DNA of 64,000 bases from Deltaproteobacteria bacterium (lineage in GTDB: Bacteria; Desulfobacterota; Binatia; UBA12015), in assembly GCA_046583355.1 (NCBI GenBank), contig JAYGCM010000004.1, forward strand, positions 1-64,000, written 5' to 3'. The position numbers and the translations under genes were made by a program. Under the pieces are notes generated by a model. The model did not search any database. It saw nothing but the letters and a program-made list of their open reading frames with translations, and was not told the DNA's origin. Positions 37,457 through 51,217 of this stretch are shown here, piece after piece (position 1 is the stretch's first letter; each line of letters opens with the position of its first letter).

Positions 37457-38647
37457 ATGGCCAAGGAAAAGTTCGAGCGCACCAAACCACATTTCAATGT
37501 GGGCACGATCGGACATATCGACCACGGGAAAACGACGCTTACGGCGGCGATTACCAAGGTTCAGGCGTCGAAGGGTCTTGGCGAATACGCCGCCTTTGAC
37601 GCCATCGATAAGGCGCCGGAAGAGCGTGCACGTGGTATCACGATTTCCACAGCACACGTCGAGTACGAATCGACAGCGCGGCATTATGCGCACGTCGATT
37701 GCCCCGGCCATGCCGATTATATCAAGAACATGATTACGGGCGCGGCCCAGATGGACGGCGCGATTCTCGTCGTCGCCGCCACCGATGGTCCGATGCCGCA
37801 GACGCGTGAGCATATCCTGCTTGCCCGCCAGGTCGGCGTACCGGGCATCGTCGTCTTCATGAACAAATGCGACGCTGTCGATGACCCCGAACTCCTTGAG
37901 CTCGTTGAGCTGGAGGTGCGTGAGCTCCTCTCGAAATACGAGTTCCCGGGCGACGATATCCCCGTCATTCAGGGCAGCGCCCTGAAGGCTCTCGAGGGCG
38001 ATACCTCGGAGGTCGGCATAGAGTCGATCGTCAAGCTGGTGGACGCACTCGACAATTACTTCCCGGATCCGGTCCGGGCCGTGGACGAGCCCTTCCTCAT
38101 GCCTGTCGAGGATGTTTTCTCGATCTCGGGACGTGGCACGGTTGCCACGGGTCGTGTCGAGCGTGGCATCATCAAGGTTGGCGAAGAGATCGAAATCGTC
38201 GGCATCAAGCCGACCGAGAAGACCATCGTCACGGGCGTTGAGATGTTCCGCAAGCTCCTCGACGAGGGCCAGGCGGGCGACAATATCGGCGCGCTGCTTC
38301 GTGGTGTGAAGCGTGAGGATATCGAGCGCGGTCAGGTTCTGGCCAAGCCCGGCTCGATCACGCCGCATACCGAGTACTCGGCCGAGATCTACTCGCTGAC
38401 CAAGGAAGAGGGCGGGCGTCATACCCCGATCTTCAACGGCTATCGTCCCCAATTCTACTTCCGTACGACCGATGTGACCGGGATTCTCACGCTGCCAGAA
38501 GGCACCGAGATGATCATGCCGGGTGACAATACCAACGTCACCGTGAAGCTCATCACGCCGATCGCCATGGACGAAGGTCTGCGCTTCGCTATCCGCGAAG
38601 GTGGACGTACTGTCGGCGCTGGCGTCGTCAGCAAGATCCTCGAGTAG
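37457..38647 (+). CDS. tuf: Elongation factor Tu
   Basis: [31 protein letters not shown]. Confidence 0.99.
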   Translation: MAKEKFERTKPHFNVGTIGHIDHGKTTLTAAITKVQASKGLGEYAAFDAIDKAPEERARGITISTAHVEYESTARHYAHVDCPGHADYIKNMITGAAQMDGAILVVAATDGPMPQTREHILLARQVGVPGIVVFMNKCDAVDDPELLELVELEVRELLSKYEFPGDDIPVIQGSALKALEGDTSEVGIESIVKLVDALDNYFPDPVRAVDEPFLMPVEDVFSISGRGTVATGRVERGIIKVGEEIEIVGIKPTEKTIVTGVEMFRKLLDEGQAGDNIGALLRGVKREDIERGQVLAKPGSITPHTEYSAEIYSLTKEEGGRHTPIFNGYRPQFYFRTTDVTGILTLPEGTEMIMPGDNTNVTVKLITPIAMDEGLRFAIREGGRTVGAGVVSKILE

Positions 38648-38654
38648 TTTCACA

Positions 38655-38963
<309 letters not shown>

Positions 38964-39031
38964 GGCCGGACGGATCTCGCAGAAAGCGACTTAAAGTATC
39001 ATGAATTCTCGCAACCCAGGAGGGCTTTCCC

Positions 39032-39721
39032 ATGGCATCCGCTGAAGCGGTCGCCGAACTGGTAGTGGTCCCTGCGCGCAAGCGTCTCGGTCTGCTCGGG
39101 CGCAAGCTCGGGATGACTCAGCTGCTGACGCCTGAGGGAGCCGCCATTGCCGTTACGGTAATCGAGGCTGGTCCTTGCGTCGTGCTCCAGAAGAAGACGG
39201 TCGGCCGGGATGGCTACGATGCCATCCAATTGGGCTACGAGCCTTCCCGGGCCAGCCGTGAGACCAAGGCTCGCATCGGCCACGCCGATGCGGCGGGCAA
39301 GGGCACGTTCCGGCACCTCCAGGAATTCCAGGGAGCCGGTGAGATCGAGCTCGGGGCGACGCTTTCGATCGCCGATTTGTTCCACGACGGTGATCTTGTC
39401 AACGTAACCGGCACGACCAAGGGCCGCGGATTCGCGGGTGTGTTCAAGCGCCATGGTTTCCACGGCGTCCGCGCCACACACGGTACGCACGAGTTCTTTC
39501 GCCATGGTGGCTCGATCGGCAACGCCTCGTATCCTGGGCGTGTCTTTCCGGGCAAGAAAATGCCGGGGCATTACGGAACCGACACCAACACGACGCGGAA
39601 CCTGCGGATCCAGCAGATCCGGCTCGACGACAATGTCCTCGTCGTCCGCGGTGCGATCGCTGGCGCGAATGGCGGTCTGGTTGTGATCCGTCCGTCCCTC
39701 CCGCTTGAGGTGCTCTCATGA
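39032..39721 (+). CDS. rplC: 50S ribosomal protein L3
   Basis: GRKLGMTQ, KGRGFAG, PGRVFPGKKMPG; AGGAGG SD. Confidence 0.97.
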   Translation: MASAEAVAELVVVPARKRLGLLGRKLGMTQLLTPEGAAIAVTVIEAGPCVVLQKKTVGRDGYDAIQLGYEPSRASRETKARIGHADAAGKGTFRHLQEFQGAGEIELGATLSIADLFHDGDLVNVTGTTKGRGFAGVFKRHGFHGVRATHGTHEFFRHGGSIGNASYPGRVFPGKKMPGHYGTDTNTTRNLRIQQIRLDDNVLVVRGAIAGANGGLVVIRPSLPLEVLS

Positions 39722-40350
39722 GCGACGCGCTTCAGGCTCCGCTCAAGGGGATTGATGGCTCGGCCAAGGGCGATGTGGATCTCCCCGAGATTTTTGCCGA
39801 GCGCGAACATGACCACCTCGTCTACGAAGTCGTCAAGATGCAACAGGCGCGTCGCCGCGCAGGAACGCATTCGACCAAGACGCGTCATTTCGTATCCGGT
39901 GGTGGCGCCAAGCCGTGGAAGCAGAAGGGTACCGGGCGTGCGCGCGCCGGCTCCAACCGCTCTCCGATCTGGCAAGGTGGCGCCGTGGTCTTTGGACCGC
40001 GCCCGCGCGATTATGGCTACAGCCTGCCGGCCAAGGCTCGGAAGGTGGCTCTCAAGGCCGTCCTCTCCGATCGCCAGCGGGGCGGATCGGTCACCATCGT
40101 TGACAGCCTGGAGTTGCCCGAGGGGAAAACCAAAAGCGTCGTTGCGATGCTCAAGGGACTCGGCCTCGAAGGCTCGACACTGATCGTCAGTGGCGCCGCG
40201 AATGAAGGACTTGAGCGTGCGACACGCAACCTTCCTCGCGTGAAGACGCTGCGCCAGGAGGGTGTCAATGTCTACGATGTCCTCCGCCATGAAAACCTTG
40301 TTTTGACGCAGGACGCCGTAGCGGCGCTGGCAGAGCGGCTCACAACATGA
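39718..40350 (+). CDS. rplD: 50S ribosomal protein L4
   Basis: KPWKQKGTGRARAG, FGPRPR. Confidence 0.97.
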   Translation: MSDALQAPLKGIDGSAKGDVDLPEIFAEREHDHLVYEVVKMQQARRRAGTHSTKTRHFVSGGGAKPWKQKGTGRARAGSNRSPIWQGGAVVFGPRPRDYGYSLPAKARKVALKAVLSDRQRGGSVTIVDSLELPEGKTKSVVAMLKGLGLEGSTLIVSGAANEGLERATRNLPRVKTLRQEGVNVYDVLRHENLVLTQDAVAALAERLTT

Positions 40351-40637
40351 AGCATTATTCCGAGATCATTCTCGCGCCACTCATTACCGAGAAGGGAACG
40401 CTCGTCAGCGAGCAGGGCAACCAATTCCTCTTCAAGGTCGCGCCGAGCGCGAACAAGATCGAAATCAAACAGGCCGTTGAGGACTTTTTCCAGGTCAAAG
40501 TGGAAAAGGTTCGCACCAGCCTCCTTCTGGGCAAGACGCGTCGTGTAGGCCGTCATGCCGGACGCAAACCTTCCTGGAAGAAGGCATATGTTACCCTCGC
40601 CGAGGGCCAGCGTATTGACTTCTTCGAGGGTGCTTGA
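40347..40637 (+). CDS. rplW: 50S ribosomal protein L23
   Basis: PLITEK, ANKIEIKQAVE, WKKAYVTL. Confidence 0.97.
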   Translation: MKHYSEIILAPLITEKGTLVSEQGNQFLFKVAPSANKIEIKQAVEDFFQVKVEKVRTSLLLGKTRRVGRHAGRKPSWKKAYVTLAEGQRIDFFEGA

Positions 40638-40646
40638 GGCTGACTG

Positions 40647-41480
40647 ATGGTAAAGGGGCGTCGATATAATCCAACTTCTCCGGGCCGTCGTTTTCAGACG
40701 TCGCGGGATCTTGCCGGGCTTTCCAAGGACAGCCCGCCGCGTGGGCTCACCGGCCGACTGAACAAGAAGACCGGTGGTCGTAACAGCAATGGCCGGATCA
40801 CCACCCGTCATCGTGGCGGTGGGCATCGTCGGATCTACCGTGATGTCGACTTCAAGCGCGACAAGGTTGGCATTCCCTCCAAGGTCGCCTCGATCGATTA
40901 CGATCCGAATCGCAGTGCACATTTGGCGTTGCTGAACTACGCCGACGGAGCAAAAGCGTATATCCTGGCGCCGGTCGGCCTCTCGGTAGGTGATACTGTC
41001 ATCGCCGGACCTGAGGCAGACATCAAGCCAGGCAATTGCCTCCAGCTCTCCGACATTCCTCTCGGTACCGTCATTCACAACCTTGAGCTCAAGGTCGGCA
41101 AAGGCGGGCAATTGGTCCGCAGTGCCGGTGGGGCTGCCCAGTTGATGGCCAAAGAGGGGCGCTACGCGCAGGTGAAGCTCCCCTCGGGCGAGCAGCGCAA
41201 GGTGCTGATCGATTGCCGCGCGACCATCGGTCTGGTCGGCAATACGGAGCACGAGAACACCAAGCTCGGTAAGGCGGGGCGCAAACGCTGGATGGGCCGT
41301 CGCTCGAAGGTTCGCGGCACGGCCATGAACCCGGTCGATCATCCGCACGGCGGTGGCGAAGGCCGATCCAAGGGTGGCAACCACCCGAGTTCTCCCTGGG
41401 GTATGCCCGCCAAGGGCTACAAAACCCGGCGTAACAAGCGGACGACGCAATTTATCGTCCAGCGCCGCAAGAAGAAATAG
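40647..41480 (+). CDS. rplB: 50S ribosomal protein L2
   Basis: [20 protein letters not shown]. Confidence 0.98.
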   Translation: MVKGRRYNPTSPGRRFQTSRDLAGLSKDSPPRGLTGRLNKKTGGRNSNGRITTRHRGGGHRRIYRDVDFKRDKVGIPSKVASIDYDPNRSAHLALLNYADGAKAYILAPVGLSVGDTVIAGPEADIKPGNCLQLSDIPLGTVIHNLELKVGKGGQLVRSAGGAAQLMAKEGRYAQVKLPSGEQRKVLIDCRATIGLVGNTEHENTKLGKAGRKRWMGRRSKVRGTAMNPVDHPHGGGEGRSKGGNHPSSPWGMPAKGYKTRRNKRTTQFIVQRRKKK

Positions 41481-41498
41481 GCCGGAGGAAGTTCGCAA

Positions 41499-41786
41499 AT
41501 GGCACGCTCGCTAAAAAAGGGTCCGTTCATCGACGACCATCTCATGAAGAAGGTCGATGCTCTGAACGCGACAGGAGAGAAGAAGGTCATTCCGACCTGG
41601 TCTCGTCGCTCCACGATCACACCCGATATGCTGGGTCATACGATCGCGGTGCACAACGGACGCCGGTTCATTCCGACCTACGTCACGGAAAATATGGTCG
41701 GTCATAAGCTCGGAGAGTTTGCTCCGACGCGGACCTTCCACGGCCACGCCGGCGATCGGAAATCCGACGCCCGGACGCGGCGTTAG
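41499..41786 (+). CDS. rpsS: 30S ribosomal protein S19
   Basis: [19 protein letters not shown]. Confidence 0.98.
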   Translation: MARSLKKGPFIDDHLMKKVDALNATGEKKVIPTWSRRSTITPDMLGHTIAVHNGRRFIPTYVTENMVGHKLGEFAPTRTFHGHAGDRKSDARTRR

Positions 41787-41798
41787 TTGGTAGAATCG

Positions 41799-42134
41799 AT
41801 GGAAACTCGAGCCAGCACACGTTTCGTCAGGGTCTCGCCGCAGAAGGCGCGCCTGGTGGTAGATCTCATTCGCGGTCGTAAGGTCGAAGACGCCCTTTCG
41901 GTTCTCGAATTTACGCCGCGCAAGGCCGCTCGCATCATTGCGAAGACCCTCCGCTCGGCTGTCGCCAACGCCGAAGACACACGCAATATCGATATCGACG
42001 ATCTGGTCGTGACCCGCTGCTGGGTCGACGAGGGCCCGACGCTCAAGCGGATGATGCCGCGAGCACAAGGGCGCGCTACCAAGATCAACAAACGCAGCAG
42101 CCATATCACCGTCGTCGTCGACGAGAAGCTTTGA
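41799..42134 (+). CDS. rplV: 50S ribosomal protein L22
   Basis: [28 protein letters not shown]. Confidence 0.97.
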   Translation: METRASTRFVRVSPQKARLVVDLIRGRKVEDALSVLEFTPRKAARIIAKTLRSAVANAEDTRNIDIDDLVVTRCWVDEGPTLKRMMPRAQGRATKINKRSSHITVVVDEKL

Positions 42135-42147
42135 GCCAGGCATAACT

Positions 42148-42807
42148 ATGGGACAGAAAACACATCCCAAGGGCTTCCGAGTTGGAGTCGTTGCAAATTG
42201 GGACTCGCGCTGGTTCGCCACGCATGACTTTGCCGAGCTCCTTCACGAAGACGACCGCGTCCGTCGTTTCCTCAAGAAGCGCCTGTACCACGCGGGTATT
42301 TCCAAGGTCGAGATCGAGCGCGCCGCGGGTAAGGCGAAGATCAATATCTTCACCGCACGCCCCGGCCTGGTCATCGGCAAGAAGGGCGCGGAAATCGAGA
42401 AGCTCAAGGTCGAGCTGAACAAGTTGATGGGGCGTGAGGCCTATATCAACATCATGGAAGTCCGGCGGCCTGACGTCGACGCGCAACTGGTCGCCGAGAA
42501 TGTGGCGCTGCAGCTGGAGCGTCGGGTGGCTTTTCGCCGTGCCATGAAGGAAGCGGTCGCGCGTGCTATGCGAATGGGCGCGCAAGGTGTGCGGATTCAG
42601 GCCTCGGGTCGCCTGGGCGGACACGAGATTGCGCGCCGCGAATGGTATCGCGAGGGACGCGTTCCTCTCCATACTCTGCGCGCCGACATCAGCTACGGCC
42701 AAGCCGAAGCCAAGACGTCGGCCGGAATTATCGGAATCAAATGCTGGGTCATGCGCGGCGAAATCCTCTCGAAGGATGAAGAGCAGCGTCAGCCGGCAGG
42801 CCTATAG
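42148..42807 (+). CDS. rpsC: 30S ribosomal protein S3
   Basis: [22 protein letters not shown]. Confidence 0.98.
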   Translation: MGQKTHPKGFRVGVVANWDSRWFATHDFAELLHEDDRVRRFLKKRLYHAGISKVEIERAAGKAKINIFTARPGLVIGKKGAEIEKLKVELNKLMGREAYINIMEVRRPDVDAQLVAENVALQLERRVAFRRAMKEAVARAMRMGAQGVRIQASGRLGGHEIARREWYREGRVPLHTLRADISYGQAEAKTSAGIIGIKCWVMRGEILSKDEEQRQPAGL

Positions 42808-42816
42808 GGATCGAAG

Positions 42817-43236
42817 ATGCTTTCTCCCAAAAAAGTAAAATATAGAAAGATCCAGAAGGGTCGACGCCGGGGGCTCGCATGGCGGGGCTCGACGCTCGCC
42901 TTCGGTGACTTCGGCCTGCAGGCTGTCGGGCGCGGCTGGATCACGGCTCGCCAGATCGAGGCAGCCCGAATCGCAGTTACGCGTCACATCAAACGTGGCG
43001 GGCGTGTCTGGATCCGTATCTTTCCGGACAAGCCGATGAGCAAGAAACCTGCCGAAACCCGCATGGGTAAGGGCAAGGGCGCACCCGAGTTCTGGGTCGC
43101 CGTCGTCAAGCCCGGCCGAATGCTCTTCGAGATGGAAGGCGTTGATGCCGAGACCGCGAAGGAAGCCTTCCGTCTGGCGGCCAACAAGCTCTCTATCGAG
43201 ACCCGTTTCCAGGAGCGAGGTCATCATGCAGGCTGA
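42817..43236 (+). CDS. rplP: 50S ribosomal protein L16
   Basis: [19 protein letters not shown]. Confidence 0.98.
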   Translation: MLSPKKVKYRKIQKGRRRGLAWRGSTLAFGDFGLQAVGRGWITARQIEAARIAVTRHIKRGGRVWIRIFPDKPMSKKPAETRMGKGKGAPEFWVAVVKPGRMLFEMEGVDAETAKEAFRLAANKLSIETRFQERGHHAG

Positions 43237-43426
43237 AGAGATGCGCAAGCTCGGCGACGTCGAACTTGTACAGAAAGAAAAAGACCTGCGTGAGGAGACT
43301 TTTCGTCTCCGCCTGCGCGCCGCAGCAGGGCAGACCGCGAACCGCATGGCCAGCCGAGCGGCGCGCCGTGAACTCGCTCGCCTCCTCACGATTCAGGCTG
43401 AACGCAAAGCCCAGGCCGAAGGCTGA
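43226..43426 (+). CDS. rpmC: 50S ribosomal protein L29
   Basis: LREETFRLR...[10 protein letters not shown]; position between rplP and rpsQ. Confidence 0.93.
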   Translation: MQAEEMRKLGDVELVQKEKDLREETFRLRLRAAAGQTANRMASRAARRELARLLTIQAERKAQAEG

Positions 43427-43440
43427 AACCCGAAGAAATT

Positions 43441-43695
43441 ATGGCTCAACATCGCAAACATCGTTCCGGCATCGTGATCTCGGACAAGATGGATAAAACC
43501 GTCGTTGTCCAGGTCGAGCGCCTGGTCAAGCATCCTAAATACCGCAAATACGTTCGCGCGCGCAAGAACTTCAAGGCGCACGATGAACAGAACCGCTGCA
43601 AGATCGGCGATGTCGTCGAAATCGTCGAGACGCGCCCGATCTCCAAAGATAAGTGCTGGGCCGTCCAGTCGATCCAGCGCCAGGCCGCCGGGTAA
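43441..43695 (+). CDS. rpsQ: 30S ribosomal protein S17
   Basis: [21 protein letters not shown]. Confidence 0.97.
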   Translation: MAQHRKHRSGIVISDKMDKTVVVQVERLVKHPKYRKYVRARKNFKAHDEQNRCKIGDVVEIVETRPISKDKCWAVQSIQRQAAG

Positions 43696-43710
43696 GGCGA
43701 GGAATATCCG

Positions 43711-44079
43711 ATGATTCAAACGGAAAGCGTTGTTCATGTGGCGGACAATTCCGGAGCCCGGAAAGTCCTCTGTATCAAGGTTCTTGGTGGTAGTCGCAGG
43801 CGCTACGCATCGATCGGCGATGTCATCGTCGGGTCGGTCAAGGAAGCCCAGCCGAATGCCAAGGTGAAGAAGGGCGATATCGTCAAGGCGGTTATCGTTC
43901 GCACAGCCAAGGAAATCGGCCGCCCAGACGGTTCTTATATTCGTTTCGACAACAACTCCGCAGTTCTGATCGATGGCAACCGTGAGCCGATTGGAACGCG
44001 TATTTTTGGTCCGGTCGCGCGCGAGCTTCGTGGAAAGAAATTCATGAAGATTGTTTCGCTCGCACCGGAGGTTATCTAG
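43711..44079 (+). CDS. rplN: 50S ribosomal protein L14
   Basis: [20 protein letters not shown]. Confidence 0.98.
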   Translation: MIQTESVVHVADNSGARKVLCIKVLGGSRRRYASIGDVIVGSVKEAQPNAKVKKGDIVKAVIVRTAKEIGRPDGSYIRFDNNSAVLIDGNREPIGTRIFGPVARELRGKKFMKIVSLAPEVI

Positions 44080-44083
44080 GGGG

Positions 44084-44449
44084 ATGAGCGCCGTGTCCAA
44101 ACTCAAGGCATGGGCCCAACGGCCCGAACGGATGCCGACGCGACTCAAGAAGGACGACACCGTCCTCGTGATCGCCGGCAAAGACCGTGGAAAGAGCGGC
44201 AAGGTTCTGAAGGTCCTCTCGGCCAAGAACCGCGCCAAGGTAGAACGCCTCAATATGGTCAAGCGTCATACGCGCGGCCAGGGGCAGCAGGCCGGTGGGA
44301 TCGTAGAGAAAGAAGCTTCGCTTCATCTCTCGAATCTGCAAATCGTCTGTTCGCAATGTAATAAGCCGACTCGTATCGGCATGAAGATTCTCGAAGACGG
44401 AACCAAGGTCCGGCAATGCCGGAGGTGTGACGAGTTGATCGATGCCTGA
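44084..44449 (+). CDS. rplX: 50S ribosomal protein L24 (start 44084 or 44132)
   Basis: [31 protein letters not shown]. Confidence 0.95.
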   Translation: MSAVSKLKAWAQRPERMPTRLKKDDTVLVIAGKDRGKSGKVLKVLSAKNRAKVERLNMVKRHTRGQGQQAGGIVEKEASLHLSNLQIVCSQCNKPTRIGMKILEDGTKVRQCRRCDELIDA

Positions 44450-45011
44450 GGCAGCTGAATATCCGCTGATGCGGAAAAAGTACGAAGAGGGCCTCAAGGT
44501 GCAGCTCCAGAAGGATCTGCAACTCGGGAACATCAATGCCGTTCCTCGTGTCGAAAAAGTCGTGATCAATATGGGTCTCGGCGAGGCGATCACGAATACC
44601 AAGATTCTGGATACCGCCGTCGTCGAACTCGCGACGATTACCGGCCAGAAGCCGGTCATCACGCGCGCCAAGAAGGCAATCGCGAACTTCAAACTTCGCG
44701 AGGGAATGCCGATCGGTGCGATGGTGACTCTTCGCGGAGACCGGATGTACGAATTTCTCGACCGTCTGGTCGGGGCCGCGCTTCCCCGTGTCCGCGACTT
44801 CAAGGGGATCAGCGACAAAGGTTTTGATGGCCGTGGGAACTACTCCCTCGGGCTCAACGACCAGACCATTTTCCCCGAAATTGATATTGATAAAGTCGAC
44901 AAAGTGAAGGGCATGACGATCACCGTCGTCACCACCGCGCGCACCGACAGCCAGGGCTTGGCCCTGCTGCGGGCACTCGGGATGCCTTTCCGGAAGAACC
45001 CAGAGGCATAG
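44442..45011 (+). CDS. rplE: 50S ribosomal protein L5
   Basis: [27 protein letters not shown]. Confidence 0.98.
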   Translation: MPEAAEYPLMRKKYEEGLKVQLQKDLQLGNINAVPRVEKVVINMGLGEAITNTKILDTAVVELATITGQKPVITRAKKAIANFKLREGMPIGAMVTLRGDRMYEFLDRLVGAALPRVRDFKGISDKGFDGRGNYSLGLNDQTIFPEIDIDKVDKVKGMTITVVTTARTDSQGLALLRALGMPFRKNPEA

Positions 45012-45017
45012 AGCGCG

Positions 45018-45203
45018 ATGGCCAAGACCTCAATGCGAATCAAGGCGGCCCGGACACCCAAGTTCCAGGTGCGTCGCTACAATCGTTGCCTGTCCTGTGG
45101 GCGGCCGCGTGCATTTTATCGGAAGTTCAAGCTCTGCAGGATCTGCCTGCGCCAGATGGCGCTCAAGGGCCTGATCCCGGGCATGACCAAGGCGAGCTGG
45201 TAG
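45018..45203 (+). CDS. rpsN: 30S ribosomal protein S14, type Z (Zn-binding)
   Basis: RCLSCGR...LCRICLR, 61 aa. Confidence 0.97.
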   Translation: MAKTSMRIKAARTPKFQVRRYNRCLSCGRPRAFYRKFKLCRICLRQMALKGLIPGMTKASW

Positions 45204-45224
45204 CTCGCATACCTGAGGACCCCG

Positions 45225-45620
45225 ATGCTTACGGACCCAATTGCAGATTTTCTGACGCGCATCCGCAACGCGTGTCGTGCACGCAAAGAGCGTGTTGATA
45301 TTCCCTACTCGAAGCTCAAAGAGCGTCTTGCCAACGTGATGATCCGCGAGGGGTATATCCAAGATATAACCACGGTAGGCGAGGGCGTTGAGCGCAAAAT
45401 CCGCCTCGGCCTCATCTACGGAACGGACCATAAATCGGTAATCACCGGACTTGAGCGCCGCAGCAAACCCAGCTTGCGCGTTTATGTCGGTGCCGCAGAG
45501 GCCCCGCGCGTGCGTGGCGGTCTCGGTGTCAGTATTCTCTCGACGCCCAACGGTCTCATCACGGACCGTGAAGCTCGTGCGCAGAAGGTGGGCGGCGAGG
45601 TTCTCTGCGCCGTCTGGTAG
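45225..45620 (+). CDS. rpsH: 30S ribosomal protein S8
   Basis: [27 protein letters not shown]. Confidence 0.98.
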   Translation: MLTDPIADFLTRIRNACRARKERVDIPYSKLKERLANVMIREGYIQDITTVGEGVERKIRLGLIYGTDHKSVITGLERRSKPSLRVYVGAAEAPRVRGGLGVSILSTPNGLITDREARAQKVGGEVLCAVW

Positions 45621-45662
45621 GCGCAGGAACTTAACCGGATCCAAAGGTCAGGAAGGAAGACG

Positions 45663-46205
45663 ATGTCCAGGATTGGACGACTCCCAGTCAATGTTCCCGA
45701 TGGTGTCACTGTCTCGATAGACGGTGCGACGGTCGGTGTGAAGGGCCCTCTCGGAGAGGCCTCGATCGCCATACCGGAGCTCCTCTCGGTCGCGCAGGCC
45801 GAGGGCCGCGTTGTCGTGTCGCGTGCGAACGACGGGCGCGAAGCGCGTTCGTTGCATGGCCTCATCCGAGTGCTCATCGCGAATGCCGTAAACGGTGTCA
45901 GCACCGGGTTTACCCGCGATCTTGAAATCAACGGCGTCGGTTTCCGCGCCGAGCTTCGCGGCGACACCATTCTCTTCAACCTCGGATTTTCGCATCCGAT
46001 CCTCTTCCAGCTGCCTGGCGGGGTTAGGGCGAAAATCACGAAGCAGACCGCGATCACCCTCTCGGGTTCCGATCGCCAGCTCATCGGCCAGACGGCCGCG
46101 CAGATTCGTGAGCTTCGTCCGCCAGAGCCCTATAAGGGCAAAGGCATCAAATACGCGGAAGAACGCGTTCGTCGCAAAGCCGGCAAGGCCGGCGCGGCGG
46201 CATAG
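45663..46205 (+). CDS. rplF: 50S ribosomal protein L6
   Basis: [20 protein letters not shown]. Confidence 0.98.
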   Translation: MSRIGRLPVNVPDGVTVSIDGATVGVKGPLGEASIAIPELLSVAQAEGRVVVSRANDGREARSLHGLIRVLIANAVNGVSTGFTRDLEINGVGFRAELRGDTILFNLGFSHPILFQLPGGVRAKITKQTAITLSGSDRQLIGQTAAQIRELRPPEPYKGKGIKYAEERVRRKAGKAGAAA

Positions 46206-46218
46206 CGGAGTCGAATCG

Positions 46219-46587
46219 ATGCTCAAAGAAATCAGCAGACCACGCCGCCACCTTCGCAAGGCGCGCGTTCGTAAAAAAGTTCAGGGAACGGAAGGCCGCC
46301 CGCGGCTGACCATCTTTCGCAGCTCTCGGCATATTTATGCCCAGGTGATTTCGGACGATGCCGCGAGCCATACGCTCGCTTCGGCGTCCACGCTCTCGCC
46401 GGAGCTCAAAGACAAGCTCTCTGGTAGTGGTAACCGTGACGCAGCCCGCGAAGTGGGCTCGTTGGTCGCAAAAAAAGCGATCGATGCGGGGATTAAACAG
46501 GTTGTATTTGACCGCAACGGGTTCCTGTATCACGGACGCATCCGCATCTTGGCGGAAGCGGCACGTGAAGCCGGACTCAAGTTTTAG
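46219..46587 (+). CDS. rplR: 50S ribosomal protein L18
   Basis: [27 protein letters not shown]. Confidence 0.97.
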   Translation: MLKEISRPRRHLRKARVRKKVQGTEGRPRLTIFRSSRHIYAQVISDDAASHTLASASTLSPELKDKLSGSGNRDAAREVGSLVAKKAIDAGIKQVVFDRNGFLYHGRIRILAEAAREAGLKF

Positions 46588-46617
46588 TCGGCAAACAGGA
46601 AATTCAGGAGAAGACGA

Positions 46618-47136
46618 GTGCAGGTTGGCGTAACGGATCGGATCGACCCGGAAGGGCTCGAGCTCAAAGAAAAAGTCGTACACATCAATCGTGTGGCGAA
46701 GGTTGTCAAAGGTGGCCGCCGGTTCCGTTTCGGAGCCTTGGTGGTTGTCGGTGATGGCGCGGGCCATGTCGGTTTTGGTGTGGGCAAGGCGAAGGAGGTC
46801 CCCGAGGCCATTCGCAAGGGCATTGATAAAGCGAAGAAAGCTTTGATCAAGGTGCCTCTGCGCGGCGGGACGATTCCCTTTGGTATTGTCGGACACTACG
46901 GCGCTGGCAAAGTGGTGCTGCGTCCGGCGGGTGCTGGTACGGGTGTGATCGCCGGTGGCGGTGTGCGCGCGGTTGTTGAGGCTGCCGGTGTGCAGGATAT
47001 CCTCACCAAATGCATCGGTTCGAACAACCCACATAATATGGTCCGTGCGACGATCGAGGCGTTCGAGAATCTGCGTGCGCCCGAAGACGTTGCGCGTGCG
47101 CGCGGCAAAAAGCTCTCTGAGCTTGACCTCGCCTGA
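46618..47136 (+). CDS. rpsE: 30S ribosomal protein S5
   Basis: [24 protein letters not shown]. Confidence 0.98.
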   Translation: MQVGVTDRIDPEGLELKEKVVHINRVAKVVKGGRRFRFGALVVVGDGAGHVGFGVGKAKEVPEAIRKGIDKAKKALIKVPLRGGTIPFGIVGHYGAGKVVLRPAGAGTGVIAGGGVRAVVEAAGVQDILTKCIGSNNPHNMVRATIEAFENLRAPEDVARARGKKLSELDLA

Positions 47137-47163
47137 CCTGGCGACGAGAAAGACGACAGAGTA

Positions 47164-47424
47164 ATGGCGAGCAGGAAAGCCAAAAAGCGCAGCAACGGTA
47201 TTGAGAACCTCGTGCGCCGCATGAACGAGAAAGACGCCTCCCCTGACCGGGTCTGGCGCGTCACTCTGAGCGGTAGCGAGATCGGTGGTACTCAGGGGCA
47301 GCGTGCGACGCTTCGGTGTCTCGGGCTGCGCCGTCGCGGTTCGACCGCGATGGTCAAAGATTCCGCACCCGCCCGCGGGCGCATCCGCATAATGGCCCAC
47401 CTTCTCTCGGTGGAGGAAGTCTGA
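47164..47424 (+). CDS. rpmD: 50S ribosomal protein L30 (divergent, N-terminally extended)
   Basis: VTLSGSEIG...[11 protein letters not shown]...RG...HLLSVEE; between rpsE and rplO. Confidence 0.88.
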   Translation: MASRKAKKRSNGIENLVRRMNEKDASPDRVWRVTLSGSEIGGTQGQRATLRCLGLRRRGSTAMVKDSAPARGRIRIMAHLLSVEEV

Positions 47425-47426
47425 GC

Positions 47427-47866
47427 ATGGATCTTTCTAATCTTCGTCCGGCCAAAGGCTCACGCCATGACCGCAAACGTATTGGTCGAGGGCAGGGCTC
47501 CGGTACCGGCAAGACCGCCGGTCGCGGCCATAAGGGTGCTAAATCTCGCTCCGGCGGTGGGACCAAACTCGGCTACGAGGGTGGTCAGATGCCGCTGCAA
47601 CGGCGCCTGCCGAAGCGTGGCTTCCACAATCCTTTCCGCAAGGAATTCGAGGTCGTGAACCTGGCCTCTCTTGCGCTCTTTGACGCCGACTCGACCGTCG
47701 ACCCTGTTGCTTTGCGCCAGGTCGGCTTGGTTCGCCGCGGTGCGCTGCCTGTCAAGATTCTCGCCAAAGGGAAGCTCGACCGGAAGCTCGTCGTGAAGGC
47801 GCATGCCTTCAGTGATGCCGCGCGCGCCGCTATAGAGGCGCAAGGGGGCGAGGTCGAGGTTCTCAC

Positions 47867-47870
<4 letters not shown>
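47427..47870 (+). CDS. rplO: 50S ribosomal protein L15
   Basis: GRGQGSGTGKTAGRGHKG, EGGQMPLQRRLPKRGF. Confidence 0.98.
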
Positions 47871-49177
<1,307 letters not shown>

Positions 49178-49189
49178 GAATCTTCGATC

Positions 49190-49855
49190 GTGGATACTCA
49201 GCTCGGACTACAATTGGTGCTGCTCGGCCCCCCCGGGGCGGGCAAGGGCACGCAGGCCAACCTTCTGATTCAGAAGGTGGCGATTCCGCATATCTCCACG
49301 GGGGATATTCTGCGCGCCGAAGCTCGCAAGGGTTCGGAGCTGGGACGCGAAGCGCGTACGCTGATGGACAAGGGCCAGTTGGTTCCCGATGACCTCATGC
49401 TGCGCATCGTTGCCGAACGTCTCAAGGCCGACGATTGCGCCAATGGATTTCTTCTCGATGGCTTTCCGCGTTCCCGTCCCCAGGCTCGGGCGCTGGAGGT
49501 GATTGTCACTCCTTCGGAGACCCGCTTTGTTGCGGCATGCCTCGATGTCCCCTGTGATGTTGTCGTGCGACGACTTTCGGGCCGGCGCACCTGCCGCGAC
49601 TGCGGCGCGATGTTTCAGGTTGAGTTCAGTCCCCCCAAGGTCACAGGGATCTGCGACCGCTGTGAGAGTGAGCTCTACCAGCGCGACGACGATTGCGAAG
49701 ATGTGATCCAGGCGCGCCTCAAGATTTACAACGAAGAAACCCAGCCCTTGCTTGAGTTCTACGGCAAACGGGACCAACTCGTGAGCGTAGACGGTACGGG
49801 CGCCGCCATTGAGGTCGCCAAGCGGCTGCATCAGGCGCTCGGGGTTGAGTCGTGA
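49190..49855 (+). CDS. adk: Adenylate kinase (Zn-lid type)
   Basis: GPPGAGKGTQA, HISTGD, LDGFPR, CxxC...CxxC lid. Confidence 0.97.
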   Translation: MDTQLGLQLVLLGPPGAGKGTQANLLIQKVAIPHISTGDILRAEARKGSELGREARTLMDKGQLVPDDLMLRIVAERLKADDCANGFLLDGFPRSRPQARALEVIVTPSETRFVAACLDVPCDVVVRRLSGRRTCRDCGAMFQVEFSPPKVTGICDRCESELYQRDDDCEDVIQARLKIYNEETQPLLEFYGKRDQLVSVDGTGAAIEVAKRLHQALGVES

Positions 49856-50616
49856 TCATTCTCAAGAGCCAGGAGCAGCTGCGCGCGATGCGCTCGGCGT
49901 GCAAAATAGTGGGGGAAATCCTCGCTCGATTGCGCCCAGAGGTCCGTGCGGGCGTCTCAACCGGGGAGCTGGATCGGCTTGCCGAAAAATGGACGCGTGA
50001 AGCAGGTGCAGAACCGGCTTTCAAAGGTTACACGGTAGGCGGACAGACCTACCCCTCGACGCTTTGCGTCTCCATCAATGAGGAAGTCGTGCACGGAATG
50101 CCCAGTGATGGGCGTGTCTTATGCGACGGAGATATTGTAGGTCTGGATTTCGGCGTGATCCGTGAAGGTTTTTACGGGGACGGCGCTATCACAATCCCGG
50201 TGGGGGAGATTGCGGAAGACGCGGCGAATTTAGTCCGCGTCACCTCAGAAGCCCTCGATCGGGGAATCGAAAAAGTTTGTACAGGAAACCGGATCCGGGA
50301 TATTTCGGCAGCCGTCCAGGCATGCGCGGAAGCTCACGGGTACGGAGTGGTCAGGGATTTTGTCGGACATGGTATCGGCCAGCGGTTGCACGAAGACCCG
50401 CAGGTTCCGAATTATGTCGGCAAGGGTCAGAACCCGCGCCTCAAGGAGGGGATGGTGCTCGCAATCGAGCCCATGATCTGCCTCGGGACGTGGGAGGTGG
50501 AAGTGCTCGAGGATGGCTGGACCGCGGTTACGCGGGATCGGAAACTCGCAGCACATTTTGAACATTCTGTGGCAGTGACGGCCGAAGGGCCGGAAGTGCT
50601 CACATTGGCAGCGTAA
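49852..50616 (+). CDS. map: Type I methionine aminopeptidase
   Basis: [14 protein letters not shown]...HEDP, AIEPM, AHFEHSV. Confidence 0.97.
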   Translation: MIILKSQEQLRAMRSACKIVGEILARLRPEVRAGVSTGELDRLAEKWTREAGAEPAFKGYTVGGQTYPSTLCVSINEEVVHGMPSDGRVLCDGDIVGLDFGVIREGFYGDGAITIPVGEIAEDAANLVRVTSEALDRGIEKVCTGNRIRDISAAVQACAEAHGYGVVRDFVGHGIGQRLHEDPQVPNYVGKGQNPRLKEGMVLAIEPMICLGTWEVEVLEDGWTAVTRDRKLAAHFEHSVAVTAEGPEVLTLAA

Positions 50617-50630
50617 GTGAGGATCGGGTC

Positions 50631-50744
50631 GTGAAGGTTCGAGCATCGGTCAAAAAAATCTGTTCCAAATGCAAGGTGATTCGGCGGCAAGGTGTTGTCC
50701 GGGTGATCTGCGAAAATCCGCGGCATAAGCAGCGTCAGGGCTAG
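50631..50744 (+). CDS. rpmJ: 50S ribosomal protein L36
   Basis: Hand translation [37 protein letters not shown] (GTG start; absent from ORF track). Confidence 0.97.
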   Translation: MKVRASVKKICSKCKVIRRQGVVRVICENPRHKQRQG

Positions 50745-50757
50745 GGAGCGAATAGGA

Positions 50758-51135
50758 ATGGCACGCATTGCAGGCGTCGATCTGCCCCATAATAAGCGGG
50801 TAGAGATCGCTCTCACCTATATTTTCGGAATCGGCCGTACGTCCGCAGAGAAGATCTGCGACGAGGCCGGAGTCGATCGCGGCATCAACTCTGATGGACT
50901 TAGCGAGGAGCAGCTCCGGGGGCTGCGTCGCGTCATCGAGGAAGACTACAAGATCGAGGGTGATCTTCGTCGTGAGGTCACACTCAATATCAAACGTTAC
51001 GTGGAGCTCGGCTGCTATCGCGGGCTGCGCCACCGTCGCGGTCTTCCCGCCCGCGGCCAACGCACTTCGACCAACGCGCGCACCCGCAAGGGGCCTCGCC
51101 GGGCCATCGCCGGCAAGAAGCAAGTGCCGCGCTGA
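50758..51135 (+). CDS. rpsM: 30S ribosomal protein S13
   Basis: [28 protein letters not shown]. Confidence 0.98.
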   Translation: MARIAGVDLPHNKRVEIALTYIFGIGRTSAEKICDEAGVDRGINSDGLSEEQLRGLRRVIEEDYKIEGDLRREVTLNIKRYVELGCYRGLRHRRGLPARGQRTSTNARTRKGPRRAIAGKKQVPR

Positions 51136-51217
51136 CCCCCAGCCGAAGACCATCTGAATTTGCGGCGGCAGGCATTTCGCTCACCGCCATCACGAAAGAA
51201 TCAGGAAGAAGGACCGA

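Noticed and set aside
50617..50630. infA absent between map and rpmJ
   Set aside because: infA is located elsewhere in many bacteria; not informative alone
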